A program made the translations under genes and the position numbers. A stretch of 64,000 bases of DNA, taken from assembly GCA_030141605.1 (NCBI GenBank), contig JAQGDQ010000030.1, forward strand, positions 727,171 to 791,170, written 5' to 3'. Positions 51,963-64,000 of this stretch are shown here, piece by piece (the first letter of the stretch is position 1; the number at the start of each line of letters is the position of its first letter). This stretch comes from Tubiluchus corallicola. Its lineage: Eukaryota > Animalia > Priapulida. The notes beneath the pieces were generated by a model, which saw only the letters and a program-made list of their open reading frames with translations, did not search any database and was not told the DNA's origin.

Positions 51963-52230
51963 GGAGATAAGTCACTTGTCTAAACTTATAAGTTTCTAAA
52001 ATAACTCAGATTCTTCTGGAGTTAGAAGTTTCTAAGTGACATTGGTTACCTCGGCCGGTCTGAGCTTAGAAGTTGCTGAGATTATGGGTTTAAACATTTA
52101 CAATATAAATCAAGAGTTTCGAAGACAAATCATTTGTCTGGATATAGTAGTTTCTAAGACGATTTGCCTAAGCATAGAAGCTATATACCAAGATAAATCA
52201 TTTGTTGGCCTTAGAAGTTTCTAAGATTAA
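51963..52230. repeat. Degenerate ~30-40-bp tandem repeat (AGATAAATCATTTGTCT..CTTAGAAGTTTCTA), ~7 units
   Basis: Recurrent TAGAAGTTTCTAAG-like motif at ~51988, 52023, 52067, 52112, 52145, 52175 and 52212. Confidence 0.6.
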
Positions 52231-52644
52231 TGTCCATTTTGAAAAACAGCACCTTGATTGATAACTCGAAAACGCTGGAGAGTTAACAAAAGAGTTTTGA
52301 TCCAGCCAAGAGTCTCTGCGCTTAGAATGGGAAGAGATTGCAAATTCGATTATACTGGCGTATCTAAAAAATAACGCCCTAGTTCAATGTGAAACTAAAA
52401 ACTATGGAAAGTTGGCACATACTTTGTTATTATAAAATTAGGGCCATGTAAACAAGCAATTTCAATAGAAAAATTTGATGACTTCGAATATAAGTTTGAA
52501 ATCTGCAAAGCGCCATATATTTTCCCATTTTTAGTTCCACATATAGGTACTCCTAAAGAAATTGAAGACCTGTGAGATTAAACAGAATCAGCATCTCTAG
52601 TACAAGAAATTAAAATTGGAAAACGCGAAATTACGTTGAAATGC

Positions 52645-55600
52645 CTAGTTTCTAGAAAATTCAGAAAGAATGCAAGTCGTTAGCTTATCTTCAATCATTT
52701 TGTCTAAACAGATGGATGAGCAGACTGACTAAAATATATGAACGAACGAAACAGCCCGATCTTGAAGAAAACGATGTAAAGAGTTTTTGTATAGAGAGGT
52801 AACAGTGTCTGCACCATAACGGACTTGTACTGAATTTACAAGATATAAACACTGTCCATAACTTACAGACATATACAGCGCTATCTTCACTTTCATATTC
52901 ATCACCCGCATGCTTTGGATGCTGCTTTTTGAGAGTCCAAAATTTCTGATTTCTACAAATAATGAAATATTTGAAAAGATATTATTATTTGACTCACCAC
53001 AATACTATACTATACTGAAAGTAATATACTGTACTGATTTTATTTAGTGTGATTAACTGAAGGCATCATGAAAATATCAGCACGAAAAGGGCCAGTGAGA
53101 ATTAAATAGGATTCACGGGTCTTATCTCCTGTAAACTAAGCTTCGTAGTGATGTAATTTGAAAGTATATTATTTAGCGACTAATCCTGATATGTCAATCG
53201 TAGCAAGTTGCAGTACTTAGTACCTGTCAGGGTAAATATAATACTATACAATGTTCTAGTTTGTACCTTAAAAAAACTTTAAATTTGCAACTAACCTTCC
53301 GAACTTTTCACCATCCTCCACGGTTTCAGGTAAATCCCAATCTGTAGTCTCTGGCAGAAAAAGCCCCAAAAACCCAGCGATGACTGCCGGAACGCCAAAT
53401 ATAATTAATGGTAGCTGTTCTGCATACATCCCCTTTAATAAAATAAAGGTTTTTTGGCTACTAAACATCAAACTCAAGCCATCCTAATTATAGATTTATT
53501 AGCTTAAATGAATCTTATCCCATGCAAACCCATGAGAACATTCCTGTTGGACGATGAATAAAAGAAGAGTAGTACTATGTGGCCTCTCTATAATGTATAT
53601 ATAACTCCATGCTCTTACCTCTTTAGAAATATGTAGGGTCTATAAATTTTTGCCATATATATTATCATGTGTTTACTTATAACATTTAAGTGTCGTTTAC
53701 CTGGCATCAGGAATGCGTATGCGTTATGCGGTTGAAGAATAAAATTCAATAGATAAAATTGGTTTATATTGTTTTCAAAGCACTTGTTTATCATTACTGC
53801 GTTATGCCTTATTCTTTCTGCAGCTATTTTCTATTGATTTCTTTTATACGCAGCTATTCCGCAGTGGATAACGCATAACGCATACGCATTTCCGATGCTA
53901 GGTAAACGCCTCTCTATACTTCCAAAGTTATGCATGAAAGTAAAGTTATATCACGTTGGCAAATTTTAAGTTTTCATAAAAATACAGTAAAACATTATCC
54001 AAAGCAGCTACTCAGTATCTAAGACAGACGAATTACAACAGAACCTAGGGAAAGTACTTACAAGCATTGAGATGTAGGGTGCGATAATTGCCCCTACTCT
54101 CGCACAAACTGAATTACTTCCTAGACCAATTGTGCGTAATACTGTTGGATAGATTTCACCACTGTATAGATACACTGTGCCAAATGTCATACTGACACAG
54201 AACTTGCCAACCGTAGCCAAGACTACGATAAATAAATCTGCAAGTAAACTTTTATTATTATTATTATTATATTATAACTAAATATAAACACTGTTCTATT
54301 CAGCTGGACTGCGCTTGTAAATAGTTTTTCTTAAAAAATCGTCAACGTACTCGTTCAGAAAAAGTACTTACACAATTCTAGAATGATACAAATGTTCTTG
54401 GTAAATAAATATTTGGTGTCACTTTGCCCACTTGTTTCAAAAATCATTTTAAAGTGAGTTTCGCATAAATAAAATAAATAATAGGTGAACATAATATTAT
54501 GAGTTGACTGGAAAATTAGAGGAATGCTCCAGTAATTACCGTTTTTGACAGGCAAGGCTGTTGATATGCAACTAATGCCCCCTATGAACATGAACAGCAC
54601 TAAAGTCAATCGTCTACCAAGGTATTTCATAGAGGCGGCCCCTAAGAAAGCATTTGGGAGCTCGACAATTCCTACTATGGCGAAAGTAATGTATTTGTTG
54701 CTGCCAAGATGTATGGAACTGAGAGTTAATCCGAAGTAAACCATTGACACCACAAACCTAGAGCAAAAATAGAGCAAATTATCTCCTACTGGCATAATTA
54801 TAATTCCAGACTTTTTATACTCATTTAGGCTTTTGCCAAAAAATTTTCGCCAAGTGACATCAACTGTAATATGAACAAAAAATGCAAATCTAATAAAACA
54901 GTCATTACTTTGAAATCTTTAACAAAAATCATAATATCAAAATTGTTGAACATGGCACAAGACTAAAGTTTGATGATTTTCGTACCATTCATACATCATA
55001 ACCAGTGTCTTCTTTCTCATGTTTGGAGTTTTAAGCAAATCGAAGAAGTTTGGTTCTCGAGCGTTTCCGTTATCGACCGTAATAAGATGTTTCTGTTTAT
55101 CCAGGGATAGGTTAAACTTTCCTGGAAATGGCTTTCCGTTTGTTTTAGCTACTTCACGCAGAACAGCCTCACATTCTTCACTTTTCCCTTCAGCATAGAG
55201 CCATCTTGGGGACTCGGGCAATATGCTGAAAAAAGTAACAGGTTGTTAAACACATTTTATACTTTGAGCACAAATTGCTGACAAATTCTGGGAGCTTGGT
55301 ATCGGGTAGCTAGGGTGTTAATAACTGGATCCACTCTTACATTATTGAAGATTTACTGAAGACTTACAGAACACTTAGCAAAAGTAACACATTCCAAGCT
55401 GAAGCGACAAGCTGCATTTGGCGCCAGTTTTTGAAAGCCCAGGCTATGAGTGGTACAAGGCAATACCCAACCGAGTAAAATATCCCGGCGAAGTGTGTTG
55501 TCCTGTTTCGGTATTTAGAGGCAATGTTTTCCACCACTGCAATAATAAAATTTGCAACTTTAAAAAGATACAGTGTTAATCACAAGTTCAATATATCTTC

Positions 55601-58600
55601 TCGTTCAAATTTTCATTTTTGTGTTGAAAACGATAGTACTAAAGCAGTACAGATATCGGAAGACAAGAGCGTGTAAATAAGTAAAAATTTAGACATAGAT
55701 AACAACAATTCAACCGAGACCAATAAGATTACACTTTCTTATTTTTAATCAAAGGCTTTCGTGGGCTCTTTTCGTTGTCCACTGCAAGTCAGAAAAGTAG
55801 TTCCCTGTGTAAATACTTATCTATTTACAAGTTCCCGTCTTCTGAGGTCTGCACTATTTTAGTACTGTTTTTCGAAACAGAAATGAAAAAGTGAACGAAA
55901 CCATTTTTGCAGCTCAAGTGTCTCCTTCGACAAACACTTTTAATATCACAATTACTGCTGTAAAAGCCAAGCTAGTAAATTGACTATTGCACTGAGAAGC
56001 GTAATGATTTTTCTTGTAATATAAATTACTGTGTTAATGTAAAAATATGGATGTTGTGCAAATTAGTTCTCTACAAATACGCATCTAGTTGCTTTTCTAA
56101 AATGATTCTTGTTTCCAAATACCAACCATAAGTGAAAAAGCAAGTGATGCCACCAGCTGAAGAGGCACCGACACAAACACGCAGGAGTGAAAAGACAGCA
56201 TAACTACTAGAGAATACTAAGGCATTGCTGGTAATGGTATGTAGCAGCAGAGTAAGACCAATGGCTGTCCGTCTTCCAAACCTAAAGATAAATAAACAGT
56301 ATAATCTTAAAGCCTCAGATTTAACGTAAAGAGCCACTTGTCTGCCAGCAAACTCGCAGGTGCGAACAGCAACTTTACGAGTTACTGTCAGTAAGTCATT
56401 GCAAACTTTCTGACGGTACTGCGAGTTATTTTTCTGTGAGTTACTGTCTAGTGTGAACGCCATATCGAGCTATTCTCGACACTTTTCGCACATTTCAACT
56501 CGCACTTACTGTCTTAGAGTAACTCATCGCAAGTTTTGCTCTCTGGTCCGAACACAATTGTGAGTTACTTGGCGAGTTAACTTAGCGAGAAAATTCACTA
56601 GTCTGAACGCGACACTTCGAATGAACTTGGCGAGTGGCGTAACGGAGCCTTCAGACAGGTAAATTTTTTCGCTAAGTTAAATCGCCAAGTAACTCGTAAG
56701 CGTGTTCAATTAGTGTCAGAGAGTTTGCAATTTGTTGCCGACAGTAACTCGCAAAACAGTTCACACTTGAAGTTTGTTGCCAGACAGAAAACTTGCTAGT
56801 CTAAACACGTACGTTGTTAAAGTGTAAAAATATACAGCAAATGCTCATTTAGTATGGCTCCAGATATGTTACTAATGATTTGTATCAGGATATGAGGCAA
56901 TACTTCTATGTGACTTAAGTTGTCATCGTTGATTTTATAAACAGGGACATGTGAAGCAAATTTCCAAGAATGCGAAACATGATCTTGCTATACAGAGGCT
57001 AGGCGGCCCGATCATTACACCAGGCCAAAAAATTCAGGCTTGGTAAATGTTTTAATGTCTTAAAAGACAACAAATGGACTTAAATCAAACCCGCGAATGT
57101 TAGAAGATGCTTCAGAAATTTCTCAAGCCTATAGCGTGAAACTTACTCTCATCTTAATGACACGTATATGTACAATAGCATTGAGAAACAACAGTTTTAG
57201 CGGCACTAAGATACTTTTCAATGTTAAATCAGCAAAGCGAAACGAAAAGTGACCCTGTTAGTTGGATCATAACAAACGATATTTCTACAAAAAGTACTGA
57301 AGAATTTGCGGGTGGCAAGTAAATGACAGAATGACTGAATGGCAAAATTGGCTAATTGATGCCACAGCCGTCAAGATTTGAAAAAAATGGGGTGCAACAA
57401 ATAACTTTCGCAACACAATCAGCAACACAAGTAGATATTTGAGTATGGCACTGACAATCTGAATAAGCTTTCAAAATTTGGCAGTGTTACAGGCGATGAT
57501 ACCGGCTGGTAAATTGCTTTAGAATGGTCAGTTTTCAGATATATGTTTCATAAGTCAAAATAGTATGCAGGACTAGATATAAATTTATGGTTGATTGAGA
57601 AAAAAGTGGAAGCTAAAAATGGATGTTAAAAACAGGTAGGATAGGATACGTATAGTCCAGAAGATCCAATGATGATGCGGATTGCTGACGCGTGCTTGAT
57701 AGGTAGCTCTCAAGAAAGGTGAACAACTTAAACGATAGAAAGCTATTCCAATGTGTATCCTGCTTGTACCTGATAAACACAGTAGTGTCTAAACACCTCT
57801 TTTTATTCATATGCTTGATCATTTCTGTTCAAACTTAATGTAGCCACTTACCAGTCCTGTACAACTCATTTGTAATAAAAGTGTCAGTTTGGGTGGTTTA
57901 CACAGGTTTGGATACTTCAGTAGAAAGGCATCTGCTTACAGTTCAAGGTATAGTGCGTAAGTTGATTACTGTAGCAATAATGTGGACTTTAATTTAGTCC
58001 ACTTCAAAGGTCAATCGATGTACTTACTAAACTCATCCAAAAATTTGAACATTGCGCTGATCGATAGCCAGGGCACACAACGTCCAGTTTATATATATTA
58101 TCTTTATTCGCACATGAATTTAGAATTACAGTGCACACATAAAAAAGTTAAAAACAGATTACAAAAATATCTACAATTAAAACACCTACAGTTAATAGAA
58201 AAATAAAAATAAATGTCTAAAGAAGACGCAAATAAAATCACACATTAGTTAACACATATTTCATTAATAACGTAGTCAGCATCATTTGACTCAAGTGTAG
58301 TATATTATATAGTGTAGTATATTTTCACGCGTCATTTCTTTTAAGACGCTAACTTTACTTTTAATATCAACAGGAATATTCTTATAGTAATTATTTAAAA
58401 TATCACTACATAGATACGCCAAATTATGACCCACAGTTCTGCCAGAGCATAAGTTTTTAGTAACATAGCTACAAAAAGACGAAAACGGGTTACAAATAGC
58501 AGTGTGAGCCAAGTTTGCAAATTTGCTGACTCTTAAAACTGATTAAAACTGAGCATATCCCAAACAACTTGTATAGTAATTTACAATCTTGCAGCCTACG

Positions 58601-60461
58601 TCACTTTTTTCAGTTTGTCAAATACGCCATCAATGTACAAAGCAAATAAAACGCAACTGATATAAACAAAAATTATATCTAATTAAAATGATGACTAACT
58701 AATTTTTGCCGAAAAAACTCATTCGGAAATTACTTCACATGAGTGCACTTGACTTTTTTTTCATTCACTGTAGTGCCTTATAAGTTGAAGCCCAGGCCTT
58801 AATGGCGGAACTTATTGGTAGAGCCAAAATCTAGCTATTTAAGAAGGATGGTTACGTAGTAGAGATGTGTTTGCTGCTAAAGTAGTAGCCTGAGATATTA
58901 TGTCATATGACACTAGGCAGAAACTGTTTTTCCTGCATTCACTCAGTTATTGACCAAACAGGCTATACACCATGACGCTACACACCTGTTCTCTTTTTAT
59001 GGGGTATACACTGAGTTACAATGGATTGTGCTGAATTCAAATGTACTTATAGTGCAAGTGTGAACAATAAAGTTTTGCTGAGGTAGCGAGTATACACGGC
59101 TTAGCGCTAATGTTTTATGTAAGCTCGGATTACCTCTAAAACCCCAAATGTTGCTGATTGGCCAAATAAAAGCAATATGCGAGCAACTCTACATTTAGTA
59201 AGAGTTTGGTGCATGTATTACGTTGGTTTTTAACTAGTGTTAAGTAGCAAAATGTTCAGTGTTATCAACCCACAGGACTGTAAGACAATGGCATCAATCA
59301 AATAGATTTTTCAAAGTTCAAAACATACTTATCAGAAAGAGAGCCAAAGCCGACGCATCCAAAGAGAAATCCAAGCATGTAGAAACTTTGACCACTTGCT
59401 GCAAGCCAATCCTTTCCACAGACAAGATCCCACTAAATTAAGGGCACTATAAACAACTCATCTTCATCAAATATTTGCATGAATTGCGTTAGATAATAAT
59501 AATAACCTTGTAATTAAAGAATATTATTATGCTTATTTGGTCTAAATAAACACTTAATTAAAAATAATTATGATTGAATTCATACAAGGCCATTGTCATA
59601 ATTATGATAGTCACCTTCATCATCACCATCATTATCATCATCAACATCATCATCATCGTCGTCGTCGTCGTCGTCATGACCATCAGGTGTTCATTAATTA
59701 TTTATTGATTCAAAGACAAGTTCTGTGGCTGTCAATGACATTAATTATTAATTCCGTATACTTTACATACATAATTGTGCACTGCTAAGACTATGCACTA
59801 CTTATGCTCACTGTTTATTATAATAGGAGAATTTATAAATAATTAACAACCTCTGTAAGTTAAATAGGTAATTCCTTTTCAATAAAAATTTAGATCTGCA
59901 TTCTATAAGTAGAGACCCTATGTGCGTATGTGTATTTCTGTACATATAACTTACTTCAGTGACCACTGTAATATCATCTGGTTCTACTTCATACACCCAG
60001 CCATCTCGACAGGTAGATGTCTTATTAGATTCGTAAAAATGTGGTGGTACCAGGACAGTGCTTCCACTTCTTTCGTAAGACGGCACCTGATGATATGGTC
60101 TTTCTGCATACACCCTGCATTTTGAATACGTAAATTCGTTCTTTTGCTTCTCAAGCGGTATTGAAAGATTTTTCTGCATGTCATACGGCAAGTACACTAG
60201 TTCCGGTACTTTGCACCAGTAACTTTTCGGGGTGTACCCAAGAAAAGGCATGAGAGTATTCTGCATTGACAATGAAATAAGAAAGAAACAGTAGCAAGCG
60301 ACTACTTTACAATGCCATTTTCCAAAACTACCAATGTGAGTGATAATTGCATCAAAATGTTTGAGTTCATCTACTGCACTTCTACCGACTTCTTCAGAAT
60401 CAGTGCAATTTTTGTCTGGCACTTGTTTGCTGTCTTCTGTGAGATTCTTAACAGAAGCCAT
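52645..60461 (-). CDS. SLC22 family organic cation/carnitine/anion transporter (Orct-like, MFS), 10 coding exons, 616 aa
   Basis: Exons 60461-59955, 59432-59329, 56281-56127, 55536-55368, 55225-54986, 54757-54540, 54237-54062, 53432-53296, 52952-52867, 52703-52645 are all GT-AG with consistent phases (1851 nt). Motifs: GSFGKW, Cys-rich loop ..[68 protein letters not shown]. The last two exons are less certain. Confidence 0.9.
53689..53913. mobile_element. MITE, family A copy 2, in an SLC22 intron
   Basis: GTCGTTTACCTGGCATCAGGAATGCGTATGCGTTATGCG ... CGCATAACGCATACGCATTTCCGATGCTAGGTAAACGCC; homologous to 14-211. Confidence 0.75.
56339..56786. mobile_element. Foldback-type element with nested inverted repeats in SLC22 intron 2
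   Basis: Outer arms TGTCTGCCAGCAAACT..CGAGTTACTGTCAG..TTGCAAACTTTCTGAC versus GTCAGAGAGTTTGCAA..GACAGTAACTCG..AGTTTGTTGCCAGACA. Inner arms GAGTTACTTGGCGAGTTAACTTAGCGAGAAAATT versus AATTTTTTCGCTAAGTTAAATCGCCAAGTAACTC. Confidence 0.7.
58290..58660 (-). mobile_element. Internally deleted LINE relic (RT core joined to an ORF2 C-terminus)
   Basis: Minus-strand translation [33 protein letters not shown] matches the RT motif LFxxYID...GCxI...LxYADD. Confidence 0.7.
59617..59680. repeat. (CAT)n/(CGT)n microsatellite in SLC22 intron 1
   Basis: Direct reading; it explains the poly-His/Arg ORF. Confidence 0.85.
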
Positions 60462-60933
60462 TTTTACCAATTGAGGAAAGTCCAAATCGAATTTGCCGCT
60501 ATTCCATGTCAAGGTCAGACCGCACTTCTACCAAATGTGTGCACACATTCCTTGCGCAAAATAGATAATTATTATGAACTCTAATTGTCTTTCGTCATTT
60601 TTGTATAGTTTTAGTGGCCCAGTTCGACAGTTTTTGTCCCCAAGATAACGTCTATCTCTCTCAAACTTTTACACAGAACACTTTAACGCAAACATTCACT
60701 TTAGAAACGCGTCGATTTTTATTGGTGACTTGATGTTATCAGTCAAGAGCCTAAGTTTGAAGACTCAGCCTGTGCCTCAGACATGTGCTGCTGTGATCAA
60801 ATGTGTTAATCGCTAGTAAATGTTTGGTGTCAAAGACGTCTAGTCTTTTGCAAATAAGAGGTAAGACAAAGTTCAGTGATTTATACACCCCTGTCAGTTA
60901 CCTGCGGCACAGAAAATACTGTAATGTTAATTG

Positions 60934-60987
<54 letters not shown>

Positions 60988-61020
60988 CATATATCATATA
61001 TATTATATGTTATATATTAT
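60934..61020. repeat. AT-rich 16-bp tandem repeat (ATATATACATATAAAT)x~3.5
   Basis: Direct reading. Confidence 0.8.
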
Positions 61021-61809
61021 AATTGTATGCATTTGAAAAAGGCAAGGCAGTTGATATGCAGGTTATGCCATCTACGAACATGGATATTAGATCGTCTGCC
61101 AAGATATTTCGAGGAAGCGGCTGGAATTTTCGAGCAACCAGTTAAAAGTGCAGAGATCTTATTACCATTCGTACATCAAAACTAGTGTCTTTTTTCTTAT
61201 GTTTGGAGTTTTGAGCAAGTCAAACAAATTTTAATTTCTCGAGTTTTTCCATTGTCGTCCGTAATAACGTAGTTTTGTTTATTCAGCGACAAGTTAAACT
61301 TTTCTGGAAATGGCTTTCTGTTTGTCTTGACCACATCACGTAGAACAGATTCAGATTTTTTGCTTTTCTCTTCAGCGTAGAGCCATCGCGGTGATTCAAT
61401 TAAGACGCTGCAAACGTATTAGATAATTTCATATTTAATTTTTTGATTTAACACATATCATAATCACATTAATTGCCACACTATTTTGAAATACAGTACA
61501 TAATCAGTAAAATAAACATAATTATGTGAAACGATCGCTGTTATTAAAGAAAATAATGAAGTGAGATTTAAGTAGCATTGGCTTAAAGGCAGGTCTCCCA
61601 TAAGTATTTTTATGATAATTTTATGAAACAGTATTTCTCAGTGTTAATAATTTTGCACACTACTATCCTAAGATTAAGAGCTACTGCTTGTTCCAAGGAA
61701 AAATTACACAGTTGTGACCAACGTTCTTGTTTTAGAGCTACTTAGTTATACATAGAGATTTAAAATAAAGTTTTTATATTTTCATTTAAAGACTGATACT
61801 TCTGTCCCA

Positions 61810-62000
61810 ACGAAAATTATTACATTTGAGGGGCCATGATATTTAATCGAGAATTTCCTTATATCCGTGCTGCATTGAATGAAATAATTTTTACTTTGTC
61901 TAGTGTTGTGAGCGTGATGATCAGAGTTTTTGAATGAGATGGTCAGAAAACAATTCTGGTGGATGACATTTATACACGACGACATTACTGTCCGAAAGTT
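61810..62000 (-). mobile_element. L2/Crack-type LINE ORF2 C-terminal relic
   Basis: HHAHNTRQSKNYFIQCSTDIRKFSIKYHGP matches the HxHNTR...RxFSIxYxGP pattern at the ends of L2-clade ORF2s. Confidence 0.6.
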
Positions 62001-63404
62001 AATTATATCCGCAATAAGGATATGTGACACTGTTAACCAAAACTACTCCAAAGTTTCGGAAAAAATAAGTAGCTGTACAGTGACAGTGTACTGTTGAGGG
62101 GCTGAACTTCGTTCTATTTTGCGTTCAAATTTTTCTCTCACTTAATTACACAGTATGTTATTTCGAGTCGTGTTAAAGCAAAACACCCCTATAAATTTAA
62201 AATGTACTAATCTTACTCGAATGGAATTCATAAATCCCGCGTCCTGCTTGGCTCTAAATTAGAATACTCAACTGTTTTCACCTGCAAGTCTATAAATTCA
62301 AGTGCCGCATCCTGTTTATTTGAGTTCGATGGTTGCTGGTGTTTGTAACGCCAAACAGGACAAGCCTGCACTTGTCCTCCTAGGACTTGTCTTGCAACTG
62401 TTTCGGCGTAATGTGAGGAAGTGGTAGGCCCTCAAGGGGTTATGAGAAGAGAATTTTATTTAACAGTAACAATCCAGTTTTTACAAAGTTAGTAGATTAG
62501 CTAACTTTTTTGTCGGGCCTTGTACCGCTTTTTTTAAGCTGGTGAATGTCTCCCAGTTGTTTGCTTTGTTAGTTCTCTTTCAGGATGTCGATTTCGAACC
62601 GAGGTCTCTCGCCCAACGATGGTACTGGTTCATACCGTACAGGGGTGATTGCTAAAACCCTGGTCGCGAGAACCCGACGGCGGCACACTTTTAAGTCTAA
62701 TACAAGTACATAGATTAATTCAGCTTTGAAGATTTATTGAAGACTTACTAAACACTTAGCAAGAGTAAGAGATTCCAAGCTGAAGTGACAAACTGCATTC
62801 GGCGCCAGTTTTGAAAACCCAGGCTATGAGTGGTACAAAGCAATACCCAACTAAGCAAATATCCCGGTGAAGTGTGTGGTCCTGTTTGGAAGAAAGATTT
62901 TCTACAACTGAAAAAAGGAAAAGTGACACAGTGTTGACAGTCAAATAAAAGCAACATGCGAGAATGATGCACAAGAAAGAACATGAACATACAAGAAAAC
63001 ATCGGCCCAGTACCCGTCAACCACTATCTCAGAAGACTTGACTGACAAAAATCTGGTAGTCCTTGTATTACTGATTAGGAGGGTTACGCTGTTATACACG
63101 CAGGTTCAATGTTATACAAGCAAAAACTTTTTATTGAAAAGCAGTAACTGTTTTCAATTGTCCATGTGCATAAGCATTACTATTATCACACTCTGTTTTA
63201 AAAAGTAGCAACACAAACGCTTTAAGACAACAATTAATTTATCGAAATGTTGAGTGTTGTCATTTTTTGCGATACAAGTTACAAAAAACGAATTTTATAG
63301 TTTTATATTAGTAATATTTAGAAAATCTTCAAAACAAGTGAAAAGGCATGTGATTCCACCACCTGAAGAGGCACCAATACAAACGTCGAACTTTGTTTGG
63401 GCAG

Positions 63405-63612
63405 AGCAAGCCTAAGCCCATCCGCATTGTTTTGGGGATGCGGGATATATAAAATCGGTTTATATTGCTTTCAATGCACCGTTTATGCAGTCTACGCATG
63501 TTCTATTCAGTTTCTGTAGCTATTTCCTATTGTTTTTTTCCTCAGACTATTCCGCACATATTCAGAAAATGGAAAACGCATCCGCATCCGCATGCTATAT
63601 AAACGCAACTTA
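63405..63612. mobile_element. Diverged relative of MITE family A inside the SLC22 pseudogene
   Basis: AAAATCGGTTTATATTGCTTTCAATGCAC..TTTCTGTAGCTATTTCCTATTG..CTATTCCGCA aligns with the interior of 53689-53913. Confidence 0.55.
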
Positions 63613-64000
63613 AGTATTGTTGCCAAAACAATTTCCCCGGCTTTCTCAGACACTTTCTTCGTCCCAAATGATTGGATTAAGCTAAATCTGAACCTACCAA
63701 GAGTAAAGGTGAACATGAAATAATGTACTTTGCTGACGTTTTGCGGCTTGGTGCTGACATAGCCAATTTTTTAAGACCCTAGCACAAGTAACGACATATT
63801 ACGATAGTACTAGAGTCAAACAGAAAAATGCATAGAAACTATGGACCAAAAGACATGTGAGACAATCACAAGGCATTAAACAGATTTTCAAATTAGAAAA
63901 ATTCACAACATACTCATCCAAAGCCAACGCATCCGAAGAGGAATCCAAGCATGTAGAAACTTTGACTGCTGGCAGCAAGCCACCCCTTTCCACAGACAAG

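Larger units (their letters stand above)
61166..64000 (-). pseudogene. Disrupted tandem duplicate of the SLC22 gene (copies of exons 2-5; continues beyond the window)
   Basis: Exon-2 copy 64000-63914 ([28 protein letters not shown]) has a deletion and stop. Exon 3 survives only as a remnant at ~63385-63336 (VCIGASSGGGITCLFT). The exon-4 copy 62907-62749 is 159 vs 169 nt and the exon-5 copy 61407-61166 is 242 vs 240 nt. Exons 6-10 are absent before the intact gene's ATG. Confidence 0.87.

Noticed and set aside
51963-52230. CRISPR-like appearance of spaced TAGAAGTTTCTAAG motifs
   Set aside because: The context is eukaryotic, the 'spacers' resemble one another, and there are no cas genes; it is a degenerate minisatellite.
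62580-62690. tRNA/SINE-like B-box on the minus strand (GGTTCGAAATC)
   Set aside because: No cloverleaf or A-box could be built and there is no second copy in the window.

Overview
AT-rich, intron-containing animal (probably invertebrate) genomic DNA; no prokaryotic features, rRNA, tRNA or CRISPR. Three gene systems could be reconstructed by hand. (1) A 5-exon, 200-aa cytoplasmic two-Ig (I-set) protein resembling muscle DIM-1/twitchin-type Ig domains (+, 10851-14763). (2) A tandem birth-and-death array of intronless Hedgehog acyltransferase (HHAT/Rasp, MBOAT) paralogs on +: two intact ORFs (22341, 40034), one full-length frameshifted pseudogene (48619) and two short relics (38677, ~47990). (3) A complete 10-exon SLC22 transporter on - (60461-52645, 616 aa), preceded by a broken tandem duplicate that runs off the window end. 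Also present: an orphan cadherin-repeat exon, a ~20-bp tandem repeat made of consensus 5' splice sites, a C-rich ~165-bp satellite, several non-autonomous DNA transposons or foldback elements, and decayed LINE fragments. All alignments were done by eye.
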